Shown one piece after another: positions 10,938 to 18,459 of a stretch of DNA of 25,826 nucleotides. The translations under genes were made by a program, and so were the position numbers. The stretch spans positions 1 to 25,826 of the IMG/VR virus record IMGVR_UViG_3300017777_007595; one strand, written 5' to 3'. The stretch is from a virus. Taxonomy: Duplodnaviria > Caudoviricetes. The notes below the pieces were generated by a model. It saw only the letters and a list, made by a program, of their open reading frames with translations, was not told where the DNA came from and did not search any database. The stretch's first letter is position 1; every line of letters begins with the position of its first letter.

Positions 10938-12170
10938 TTAACTTTTAGCTTCACACTTGGCTTTAAAATCTAATACTGTATCTTTTACAAAACCATAAAT
11001 ATAAATTCTAACAAATTTTTCATCAGCATTAAGTTCAAATGTTAAAGATTTATAATATTTAGAATTTTCCTCTGTTATATCAGGTGAAACTACTAAATTA
11101 TTATTAGGATTAAAAAAATCATTTTTTATCCCATAATTAAACGCTGGATACTCGATATTTTTGTAGTTTTTACCAAAAATACTACTTTGATTAAATGGTC
11201 TATATAAAGGATTAGGAAATTGTTTAGGTTTTTCACTTTCAGGGATATCCACTTTAAACATATTAGGAGTATTAGTAGGATAATTTTGTTCCCAAGCTGA
11301 AATATTATTTTTAGGAATTTTAGGTAAATAATTCCATATTTCTGAGGTAGGAAATAAAGGATATTTATTTAAAAAAGGTTGAAGAACACTTCTTCTAAAA
11401 AATCCATCAGGTTCTCCAGAGGCCCCATTTAAATCTATAACAAATAAAGGAATAAAACCGGTTTGAGTTATTGCTCTATCTTTATTTATAATTTCAACTT
11501 TTAAAGCATCAGGATAATAATATGGATTAAAAGTTATAGTAAATAATCCTCCATCTTTAAGCTCTTCTCCAATAGAATATTCCTGTTGATAAGTTAAAAA
11601 AGGAGTTGGTCTTCCTTTAGGATCTTTAATATTTTCAGGTTCAATATCTGTTTTAATTCTAACAGGTGTAAACTCTGTATAAGTACATACATTTGGAGTT
11701 TTAGCTGGTGGTGGAACATAAGTAAGTAAAGAAATACTAACAAATTGATCTTTTTTATATTTTTCTAAACCAGCTAACTCAGATATTTGAGTAATAGTAG
11801 AGCCTGGGGGTGGATTCCAAGGTTCTAATCCAATTATTGAGGGTTTAATACTAAAATTAGAAACATTATCTCTAATCACTGGATAGTTGACTTTTATATA
11901 GTTTTCTAATTCTTTAGATCTAGTATTAGCCAAAGATCCTGGAGTTTCAAAGCCTGGAGGATTTGGGACTTGGGATTCTGAACCTTGGATTATTATTTGT
12001 AAATCTATTTGTGAGTTTTTTGATTTTTGACTTAAAATTTCTTGTTGTAGTAGATCTAGTCTTTTTTTTAAAGTTTCTTGGTTTGAAGAGGATAGATCTT
12101 TTATAAGATATTTTCCGCTATCAAACTCAAAAAATTTAAATGACCAAAGTGCACTACTTGTAGATGACAT
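10938..12170 (-). CDS. Hypothetical protein, possible divergent OmpA-C-like N-terminal domain
   Basis: 410 aa; IIIQGSESQVPN...SLANTRSKELENYI loosely fits the OmpA-C pattern I-x-G...LS-x-x-RA-x-x-V-x-x-YL. Confidence 0.65.
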   Translation of the reverse strand: MSSTSSALWSFKFFEFDSGKYLIKDLSSSNQETLKKRLDLLQQEILSQKSKNSQIDLQIIIQGSESQVPNPPGFETPGSLANTRSKELENYIKVNYPVIRDNVSNFSIKPSIIGLEPWNPPPGSTITQISELAGLEKYKKDQFVSISLLTYVPPPAKTPNVCTYTEFTPVRIKTDIEPENIKDPKGRPTPFLTYQQEYSIGEELKDGGLFTITFNPYYYPDALKVEIINKDRAITQTGFIPLFVIDLNGASGEPDGFFRRSVLQPFLNKYPLFPTSEIWNYLPKIPKNNISAWEQNYPTNTPNMFKVDIPESEKPKQFPNPLYRPFNQSSIFGKNYKNIEYPAFNYGIKNDFFNPNNNLVVSPDITEENSKYYKSLTFELNADEKFVRIYIYGFVKDTVLDFKAKCEAKS

Positions 12171-12172
12171 AA

Positions 12173-13579
12173 TTAAGCTCGTGTGTCAGGTGATGGGTTT
12201 AAAGAATCATCTTGTTGTGATCCTGTAGGATTTTCTAATAAAGGTGTGTTATTTTGTTGTAATGGAATATCTGATGATGTAGGTAAAGGAGAAGAAATTT
12301 CTTGACTTCTAATTTGAAGTTCAGTTTGTGGGGTAACATTACCTGGATTTAAGACTAATGGAATCCCATTATCTTTTATATATACATCTTGGGATAATAA
12401 TATAGTTATTTGGGGTAATAATCTAGTTATTGCTGCAGTTAGTTCGGCTGCGGCTGTATTTACCCCTACTTGAGGGGTTACAGGAAGAACTTCTGCTAAA
12501 GCTATTAAAGATACTGCTAATTTATTTAAAGGATTTAATAAATTTGTTAAAAAATCAACTGTTTTATTACCTAATAAAGCTTGTTGAGAAGCATTTTTAT
12601 CAGCTAAATAAATTTTTCCAGATGTTTGTATAATAGTGTCTTTAGTATCAATATTAATACTTTCTAAAGAATTTAAATTAATAGTTTTAGCTGAACTTAA
12701 TAATATATGATCATTAGCCGAATTAAAAACTAAACGTCCTGAATTTAGGATTATTTGTTTTCCTGAAAATTCTTTAGGAGATGTAGGTTTTTGCTTGTAA
12801 CTATTATAGGAAACAGAAGAAGCATTTAATGGAATATTTTGAGTTTGGGTTAAATAAACAGATGAATCGTCATTATTTATATCTTCTGTTACAGGAATCC
12901 ACCCTTCAGGTGTTTGACCTCCTTGTCCATTTCTAATAATTGTAATTGGATCCCCATCATTTCCTTCACTTGACCAATTATTTGGGGTTGATTTAACAGT
13001 ACTACCTAAACGAATCGAATTTCCCCATCTACCTTCATGAATTACATCTCCTTCAAAAGGTAATAAAGGATGAATATTTGCTTTTTCTTTAAATGTTGAA
13101 CCTAAATTTATTTCAGTAGAAGCATCTGTTACTCTTCTAACATCCCCAGCAAAAGATGAATCATAATCATTTAATTGCTGTTGTGAAGGACTTCCTGGGT
13201 TTTCAGGATAAGCATTATGGTGGGGATGATTCCAAATACTAATGATGTTTATATAATAAAGTTCTGTAGCGGTAGTAGCTTCTCCTATTTCAGAACTAGG
13301 TAATGACATTATATAAACTATTTCATTTATTAATGGAAAATTTTTAATATTAGATAATAAGGGTTTTGCAATAGGAAATTGGTTTTTTGAATCAGAAGGC
13401 TTAGTTACAAAATCAAATTCAATAATACCTAGACCATTCCATTCCCCCAATTCTTTAAAACGAGGATGGCTTTCATTTAGGATTATACTTTTAACTCTAA
13501 CAGGGGTTATTAAACTAGATAACCCTAATATAGATAAAAATTGACCTACTTTTGATCTAGGATTTAGAAATCCACTCAT
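12173..13579 (-). CDS. Baseplate central spike/hub (T4 gp5 / GpV / VgrG-like)
   Basis: OB-fold-like N-terminus (PLLSNIKNFPLINEIVYI), GDVIHEGRWGNSIRLGS, beta-helix-like repeats GKQIILNSGRLVFNS...ILLSSAKTINLNS, and ALLGNKTVDFL; upstream of the gp25/gp6-like genes. Confidence 0.72.
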   Translation of the reverse strand: MSGFLNPRSKVGQFLSILGLSSLITPVRVKSIILNESHPRFKELGEWNGLGIIEFDFVTKPSDSKNQFPIAKPLLSNIKNFPLINEIVYIMSLPSSEIGEATTATELYYINIISIWNHPHHNAYPENPGSPSQQQLNDYDSSFAGDVRRVTDASTEINLGSTFKEKANIHPLLPFEGDVIHEGRWGNSIRLGSTVKSTPNNWSSEGNDGDPITIIRNGQGGQTPEGWIPVTEDINNDDSSVYLTQTQNIPLNASSVSYNSYKQKPTSPKEFSGKQIILNSGRLVFNSANDHILLSSAKTINLNSLESINIDTKDTIIQTSGKIYLADKNASQQALLGNKTVDFLTNLLNPLNKLAVSLIALAEVLPVTPQVGVNTAAAELTAAITRLLPQITILLSQDVYIKDNGIPLVLNPGNVTPQTELQIRSQEISSPLPTSSDIPLQQNNTPLLENPTGSQQDDSLNPSPDTRA

Positions 13580-13929
13580 TATTTATCTTCAGAATTTGAT
13601 TTGTTAAGTTTATCAATTTCAGCTAATAATTGGGCTTTTTCTTCATCAGAAATTGTATATCCATCACCATTAGAAACAGCTGTTTGCATACTTCTTTGGA
13701 TTATGGTAGCCATTTTAATTAGTTGTTCATCATTTTTTACTCCAATTTCTATATATTCTTTAATTAAAGGAACAATCAAAGTTGCATCCCCTATATCTTC
13801 AATTAAGGGTTTTAACTCATTTATTAGGGCAGAAATTTGCATTTCTTTTTTCTTTTGGTTATTATATATTTCTTCCAAAAGATTAGAAAATGTTTTTTTC
13901 CCAAATATTTTTACATTCAAAGAATCCAT
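13579..13929 (-). CDS. Hypothetical helical phage protein
   Basis: 116 aa; 1-nt overlap with the spike gene start; ATATTTAT 8 nt upstream. Confidence 0.8.
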   Translation of the reverse strand: MDSLNVKIFGKKTFSNLLEEIYNNQKKKEMQISALINELKPLIEDIGDATLIVPLIKEYIEIGVKNDEQLIKMATIIQRSMQTAVSNGDGYTISDEEKAQLLAEIDKLNKSNSEDK

Positions 13930-13944
13930 TTTTATTTATAAATA

Positions 13945-14691
13945 TTATTTATCATCAAAATTTATATAACCGTTTTCTAGATAAAAAACATAATTCTTTT
14001 TGAATATATCGTTTAATTTATTTGCTACTTTAGTAATTTTAGGTGTTTTAACATCTATCATTTCTCTGATATAAATGTATAGGGCTTTTTTATTAAATAC
14101 ATCTAAATTATCTCTCTTCCTAAATAACTCTAAAATAGCATCTGCAATCTTTGCATTTTCATCTGGAGGAGTAGTGTATCTATCTAAAGGAAATAATTCA
14201 TAAATATTATCGGTACAATATTTTACATAAGCATCAATAAATTTAGAAAGTTTATCTCCACTATATTTTTGATCATCTAAAGAATAGGAAAAAGACTCAT
14301 TAGATTTGACTTCTTCAATAGGAGACTTATCTATTTTCTTTTTGTAATTCTTATCATTATAAACAATAAGCCAATTTTTAACTATTGTTCCAAAATAAGA
14401 ATAAGCTTTAGCTCCTTTAGAAGAGTCAAATTTATGAATCTTTTCTTCTACTAATAAGGCAACTATTTCATGTTTTAAATCTTCTAAATTTTCAACTTCA
14501 GTATAGTAAAATTTAAAAGTATGAATTAAATTTTCTGCTAACTTATAAAAAGCATAATGAATTTTATCTCTAAATAATCTTCCTCTTTCCTCAGGGTCAG
14601 TTGAATTATTATATTGGATTATTGCATCTTCAGTTTCTTTTGTAAAATAATTTTTTTTAGAAGATGATTGTGGAATCACCATATTCTCCAT
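13945..14691 (-). CDS. Phage RNA polymerase sigma factor for late transcription (T4 gp55-like)
   Basis: Sigma region-2-like segment AFYKLAENLIHTFKFYY...EDLKHE...KIHKFDSSKGAKAYSYFGTIVKNWL; no evident region 4; adjacent to the structural operon. Confidence 0.78.
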   Translation of the reverse strand: MENMVIPQSSSKKNYFTKETEDAIIQYNNSTDPEERGRLFRDKIHYAFYKLAENLIHTFKFYYTEVENLEDLKHEIVALLVEEKIHKFDSSKGAKAYSYFGTIVKNWLIVYNDKNYKKKIDKSPIEEVKSNESFSYSLDDQKYSGDKLSKFIDAYVKYCTDNIYELFPLDRYTTPPDENAKIADAILELFRKRDNLDVFNKKALYIYIREMIDVKTPKITKVANKLNDIFKKNYVFYLENGYINFDDK

Positions 14692-14694
14692 ACA

Positions 14695-14958
14695 TCATAG
14701 TGTCTTTTTTATCTCATTTTGTAATTCTTTAATATAATTAAAAAACCAACCTATTTCATCATCACTACTAAAAGTTTGCTTAGAATCTAACTCATTGAGT
14801 TTTATATCAGCTACTTTAATTAGTTTAGATAAATTAATATATGTTTTTTGATATTTTTCTTGTATATCTTCATATTTTTCAAGTTTTCTAAGAAGATTCC
14901 AAGTAGTAAAACCAAGAACTGAGATTAAGATTAATAAAATAATAATTGTTGTAATCAT
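14695..14958 (-). CDS. Small membrane-anchored coiled-coil protein
   Basis: N-terminal transmembrane helix IIILLILISVLGFTTW; ATGA overlap with the HD gene stop. Confidence 0.8.
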   Translation of the reverse strand: MITTIIILLILISVLGFTTWNLLRKLEKYEDIQEKYQKTYINLSKLIKVADIKLNELDSKQTFSSDDEIGWFFNYIKELQNEIKKTL

Positions 14959-15722
14959 AGACTATCAACTAATCCTTTTAGTGAGTTACTTTTAATAGAT
15001 TTTAGTGCTTTGTCTTGAATCCCTAGTTTTTTATTAGAGGTTGTAGTACTTTTAGCGGGTTCTACTTCTCCTTTAAATTTAGGTAACCATTCATGTTCAA
15101 ACTCAATACGTGCTGCCATTAAATCGGCTTGATGAACAATAAAAGGTAATGAAGTACGTGGTTTTTGTTCGGGCATATAAGTCATTAGATATTTTTTATT
15201 GCCTTCATCATATAAACCATCATGAGTCTGAATGGTAATCATTTCATTAAATGAATATTGGATTCCATGTTGCTGGAGTAAAAATAATCCTCTATCAGGT
15301 ACTGATGCAAATGGGAGTTTGTTATTAAAGGTATAATCTTCTCCTAGTTTTTCTTTACGCCATTGGTCTGTTTGAGGAACATATGATTCGTTTTCCTCAT
15401 TTCCAATTTTACCTAAGTCATGATTTAAGGCTGAGAATACTAATTCTTCTTTGGTATAGGTAGAATCATCAACTCCCATTTCAATCCAAACATCATTTAA
15501 CTTAAGTGCACAATCAATAACTCTCAATACATGATCTACATAGCCGCCTGGGAATGCATTGTGATATTCCTTTTTGTGTGAGGCAGGCATAAGAGCAATA
15601 CGTTCTGAGTATTTAGAATAAAAATCTAAAAGTTGAGAACGACGAGGTTCTGAAATGTATGCTTTAATAGTTTCTTCTAGATCAACCCAGTTTTGTTGGA
15701 TTTGTTCTGCTGTAAGTTTCAT
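14955..15722 (-). CDS. HD-domain metal-dependent phosphohydrolase (YhaM-type HD)
   Basis: YHNAFPGGYVDHVLRV...ALNHDLGK...THDG...VHQAD gives the complete H...HD...D metal-binding set. Confidence 0.9.
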   Translation of the reverse strand: MKLTAEQIQQNWVDLEETIKAYISEPRRSQLLDFYSKYSERIALMPASHKKEYHNAFPGGYVDHVLRVIDCALKLNDVWIEMGVDDSTYTKEELVFSALNHDLGKIGNEENESYVPQTDQWRKEKLGEDYTFNNKLPFASVPDRGLFLLQQHGIQYSFNEMITIQTHDGLYDEGNKKYLMTYMPEQKPRTSLPFIVHQADLMAARIEFEHEWLPKFKGEVEPAKSTTTSNKKLGIQDKALKSIKSNSLKGLVDSL

Positions 15723-15725
15723 ATA

Positions 15726-15926
15726 TTACTTGATAGGATTAATTTCTTCAGGTGAAAATGGTTGTTGGTGAACAAATGATTTCAATTGTTCTAAAATATC
15801 TCTAGAAGTTTCTATAGTACTTAGGAAATCTTCTACGGGTGACTGTCTATTTACCATAAACTGCAATTTATTCATATTAGATTCCAATGTATCTAACTTG
15901 TTCAATAATAATTCTCTGTTTCTCAT
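15726..15926 (-). CDS. Hypothetical protein
   Basis: 66 aa, helical, A-rich upstream region; first gene of the HD/sigma operon. Confidence 0.75.
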   Translation of the reverse strand: MRNRELLLNKLDTLESNMNKLQFMVNRQSPVEDFLSTIETSRDILEQLKSFVHQQPFSPEEINPIK

Positions 15927-15991
15927 AATACTTGTTTTTTTATGTTTATAAAATTTCTTTATTCGTTCATTTTATCAAAAATCCCGTAACC

Positions 15992-16023
15992 CCAATATAA
16001 TATAATAATTGAAAAACTCCAAA
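15992..16023 (-). promoter_or_regulatory. Bacteroidota-type housekeeping promoter for the HD/sigma operon
   Basis: TTTG-N20-TATATTGG on the minus strand versus consensus TTTG-N19-21-TAnnTTTG. Confidence 0.55.
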
Positions 16024-16057
16024 CTAAAGTGAAAAATTTTTATATTTATAACAAAAA

Positions 16058-16582
16058 ATGAAACTAAAATTTTCTGCTACACTTTTCCTGGTTGTAGTAT
16101 TCCTGGGTTTTATGATGGATTATGATTCTGGGGTAGAATCTTATTCAAAAATAGAAATTACTCAACCCCCACCTTTAATTCTAACCCCAGATTCAACCTT
16201 TAAATTACAGCCTATAGTTGAAAATGTAGATTTAAAAGGATATGAGGTTATTTTTTCCTTTAAGTTATATTATAAAGATAAAATGGCCAAACCTATTGAT
16301 CTTAAAAAAGGTCCCCCAATAGATGGGTATTGTTCTGACCTTACGATAATAACTTTTTATTTAGAAAACCAAGACTCAGTTAAAGTAGAAAGTGTTAAAC
16401 GTATGAGTTGCCAAATTTTAGCTATATTTAATTTAACTAAAGAACAAAACAGTAAATTAAGAACTTATCCTATGAAATCTATTAAAGTACTTAATTATGT
16501 TACTGAAAATCAATATACATTTTCTGTTAGTGATAAGGTATATTGGAATAGATGGATAAATAAGTATAATAATTGGCGTTAA
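16058..16582 (+). CDS. Putative secreted or membrane-anchored protein
   Basis: Signal/TM N-terminus MKLKFSATLFLVVVFLGF; ATATTTAT at 16042-16049 in the sense orientation. Confidence 0.8.
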   Translation: MKLKFSATLFLVVVFLGFMMDYDSGVESYSKIEITQPPPLILTPDSTFKLQPIVENVDLKGYEVIFSFKLYYKDKMAKPIDLKKGPPIDGYCSDLTIITFYLENQDSVKVESVKRMSCQILAIFNLTKEQNSKLRTYPMKSIKVLNYVTENQYTFSVSDKVYWNRWINKYNNWR

Positions 16583-16672
16583 CATTTTTACTTCATTTTA
16601 CGGTTTAATATAGTTTCTATATTAAATTTTTATCTCGATTTCACCATCGGTATCGATAAATATGTAAAAACT

Positions 16673-17089
16673 TTATAAAACGTTTACAACACTACTTTTT
16701 ACTTTAAGAAGAAAAGAACAATTCTCATATTCTTCTATATTTTCAAAATGTTTAAGAGAAACTTCCAAACATTTCAGTAAGATAGTATCTGAAAATGTAT
16801 TTAAAATTTCTATGTGTATTGGGGATTCTAAGTCTAGTTTAGAAATAAAAGAGTAAGCTCTATTAAATATTATATTTTCCCCCATATTTACTAAATCATC
16901 AACAGACCAATTAGGATTTTCTTTTTGTAAAGATAGGGAAATATTATAATTGTAATTATTCATGTTTAATAACAATTTTTTGAACATTCCTATATAGTAA
17001 TAAGGATGCTCGTCGAAACTTACTTGAGTTGTTTCAACTGAGGTATCCTCACTTGAGGAAAATAGTTCAAAAATTTGGTTAATATCCAT
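16673..17089 (-). CDS. Hypothetical protein with a C-terminal UVR-like (UvrB/C) motif
   Basis: LKHFENIEEYENCSFLLKVK resembles E-x-YE-x-AA-x-LRD; ATATTTAT 5 nt upstream. Confidence 0.7.
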   Translation of the reverse strand: MDINQIFELFSSSEDTSVETTQVSFDEHPYYYIGMFKKLLLNMNNYNYNISLSLQKENPNWSVDDLVNMGENIIFNRAYSFISKLDLESPIHIEILNTFSDTILLKCLEVSLKHFENIEEYENCSFLLKVKSSVVNVL

Positions 17090-17100
17090 TTACAATAAAT

Positions 17101-17128
17101 ATGGGTATCCAATTTCTTGAATACCCAT
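17101..17128 (-). terminator. Strong GAAA-tetraloop hairpin, possible terminator or processing site
   Basis: ATGGGTATTCAA-GAAA-TTGGATACCCAT, a 12-bp stem with one U-G pair; only a weak U-tract follows. Confidence 0.5.
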
Positions 17129-17161
17129 GATATAAAAAAACCTATAAATAGGTAAAAAAAC

Positions 17162-17314
17162 CTAATCTTCTATACCCCCGGAGTTAAAATGTTTTTTGTA
17201 TTTATCCTTTTTTTTATTAGGAACCATCTTAGTTTTAAACCTCCCATCATAAAATCCTTGTTCTTTAGCGGATTCTCTTTGCTTTTTTTTAGCAAATTCA
17301 AAATTCTTATTCAT
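17162..17314 (-). CDS. Small basic protein (50 aa), ArfA-like candidate; not in the ORF track
   Basis: Manually translated MNKNFEFAKKKQRESAKEQGFYDGRFKTKMVPNKKKDKYKKHFNSGGIED*; fills the gap and is co-oriented with its neighbours. Confidence 0.65.
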   Translation of the reverse strand: MNKNFEFAKKKQRESAKEQGFYDGRFKTKMVPNKKKDKYKKHFNSGGIED

Positions 17315-17328
17315 AACGAAAAATAAAA

Positions 17329-17343
17329 AAAGGGTTCTTCAAC
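17329..17343 (-). repeat. 3' arm of a long-range inverted repeat (anti-boxA), followed by a U-tract
   Basis: Minus strand GTTGAAGAACCCTTT is complementary to 17687-17701 with one G-U pair. Confidence 0.75.
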
Positions 17344-17350
17344 GGGTTAA

Positions 17351-17668
17351 TTATCCTTTGATTAGATTTTTATTATTTAATTTCATTTGGGCTTCATGGG
17401 CCCCCGTAAGCTTTGCTTCGAGCTTATCAATTCGCATATCAGTATATGCGTTAGCCATATCTCTAGTAGTTGTATAATTATTTTCAATACGTTGATGATA
17501 ATCTTTAAAGCGATCATTCATATCATAACGAGACCATGAGATATCTTGTTCAATATATTTAATTTGTTTTGATTGTTTGAATACCTTCACAATACTATAA
17601 ATAACAGCAGCTACAACTAGCATAGCAACCATCGTTAGCACTCCAAAAGTAAAATACATTGTTTCCAT
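17351..17668 (-). CDS. Single-pass membrane protein with coiled coil
   Basis: TM helix YFTFGVLTMVAMLVVAAVIYSIV, then a helical soluble domain. Confidence 0.85.
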   Translation of the reverse strand: METMYFTFGVLTMVAMLVVAAVIYSIVKVFKQSKQIKYIEQDISWSRYDMNDRFKDYHQRIENNYTTTRDMANAYTDMRIDKLEAKLTGAHEAQMKLNNKNLIKG

Positions 17669-17685
17669 AATTTGTTATTTTTTGT

Positions 17686-17701
17686 TGTTAAAGAACCCTT
17701 T
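17686..17701 (-). promoter_or_regulatory. boxA-like element and 5' arm of the long-range stem
   Basis: GTTCTTTAACA (17686-17696) fits the boxA consensus GYTCTTTAANA; lies immediately 3' of the tRNA. Confidence 0.65.
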
Positions 17702-17702
17702 G

Positions 17703-17776
17703 TGATTCTGATTGGATTCGAACCAATGACCGACAGCTTAGAAGGCTGTTGCTCTATCCAACTGAGCTACAGAATC
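17703..17776 (-). tRNA. trnR: tRNA-Arg(UCU)
   Basis: Acceptor GATTCTG/CAGAATC, D-arm GCTC-AGTTGGATA-GAGC, anticodon arm ACAGC-CTTCTAA-GCTGT, T-arm ATTGG-TTCGAAT-CCAAT; CCA not encoded. Confidence 0.96.
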
Positions 17777-17788
17777 ATTAATTTTATA

Positions 17789-17820
17789 TAAAGTTAATAA
17801 AAAAATATCTGTAAGCCAAA
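17789..17820 (-). promoter_or_regulatory. Bacteroidota-type promoter for the tRNA-Arg cassette
   Basis: TTTG-N20-TAACTTTA, ending 12 nt upstream of the tRNA 5' end. Confidence 0.6.
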
Positions 17821-17924
17821 TCTAATAAAATTATATTATAATTTATATAAGGCTCATTTAAAAGAAAAATTAATTTCATATTTATAACAAATTTATTGTT
17901 GAACTAAATCTACATATATGGATA

Positions 17925-18137
17925 ATGATAAAGAAGCTGACAGTTGTACCACTAGAAGATTATTTTTTAATGCTGGCCATGTTTTTCAACCCTTTTGGTT
18001 TCGATATTATATTCAAAATAATACTAAATATAACAAGTTCTTATTGGATTACCACAAGTATTTTTTACCTAGTGTCGGCCTCCTTTTTTGGCTTATATTT
18101 TTGGTTGCGTAAACGAAAAATTAATTCAACTCAATAA
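17925..18137 (+). CDS. Small membrane protein (2 TM)
   Basis: Hydrophobic segments FLMLAMFFNPFGF and YWITTSIFYLVSASFFGLYFWL with a basic tail; ATATTTAT at 17878-17885 on the + strand. Confidence 0.7.
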   Translation: MIKKLTVVPLEDYFLMLAMFFNPFGFDIIFKIILNITSSYWITTSIFYLVSASFFGLYFWLRKRKINSTQ

Positions 18138-18390
18138 ACTTAATTTTAAAACTTCTTAGTTTTTTCATTATGAGTTCATAGTCTTTTTCTGAGATAAATC
18201 TACCATTGAATTTGAATAAATAACCTTCTTTAAATTCTTGACTTAGATAAATTTCATAGTAATACTCATTTTCATCTAAAAATTTAGACATTTTATCCTT
18301 ATATTTTCCTTCAATATGGAAACCATATGTAGAATATGATTTTACTACAGAATCAAACCAATCAACAAATTTTAAAAAAAGTTTTTTCAT
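18121..18390 (-). CDS. Hypothetical protein
   Basis: 89 aa; ATATTTAT 10 nt upstream; converges on the + strand gene. Confidence 0.7.
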   Translation of the reverse strand: MKKLFLKFVDWFDSVVKSYSTYGFHIEGKYKDKMSKFLDENEYYYEIYLSQEFKEGYLFKFNGRFISEKDYELIMKKLRSFKIKFIELN

Positions 18391-18411
18391 AATTTTTATG
18401 ATAAATATAAG

Positions 18412-18439
18412 AAAAAAGTAGCCCTAATTAAAGGGCTAC
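18412..18439 (-). terminator. Intrinsic terminator after the DUF932 gene
   Basis: GTAGCCCT-TTAATT-AGGGCTAC followed by TTTTTT. Confidence 0.85.
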
Positions 18440-18459
18440 CTGTAATACCTAAATTAATT

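Noticed and set aside
12430-12633. + strand 67-aa ORF
   Set aside because: Antisense shadow inside the spike gene.
6352-13579. T6SS or extracellular contractile injection system instead of phage
   Set aside because: The gp55-like sigma, tRNAs, DUF932 and dense small ORFs indicate a phage genome; no T6SS membrane-complex or ATPase genes.
13601-13969. + strand 122-aa ORF
   Set aside because: Antisense shadow of 13579..13929 with no ATG start or supporting signals.
17703-17776. tRNA as a prophage attachment site
   Set aside because: No duplicated tRNA 3' end, no integrase, and no change in gene character across it.
17918-18112. Alternative + frame 64-aa ORF
   Set aside because: Overlaps 17925..18137, which has a more coherent 2-TM protein pattern; dual coding is unsupported.
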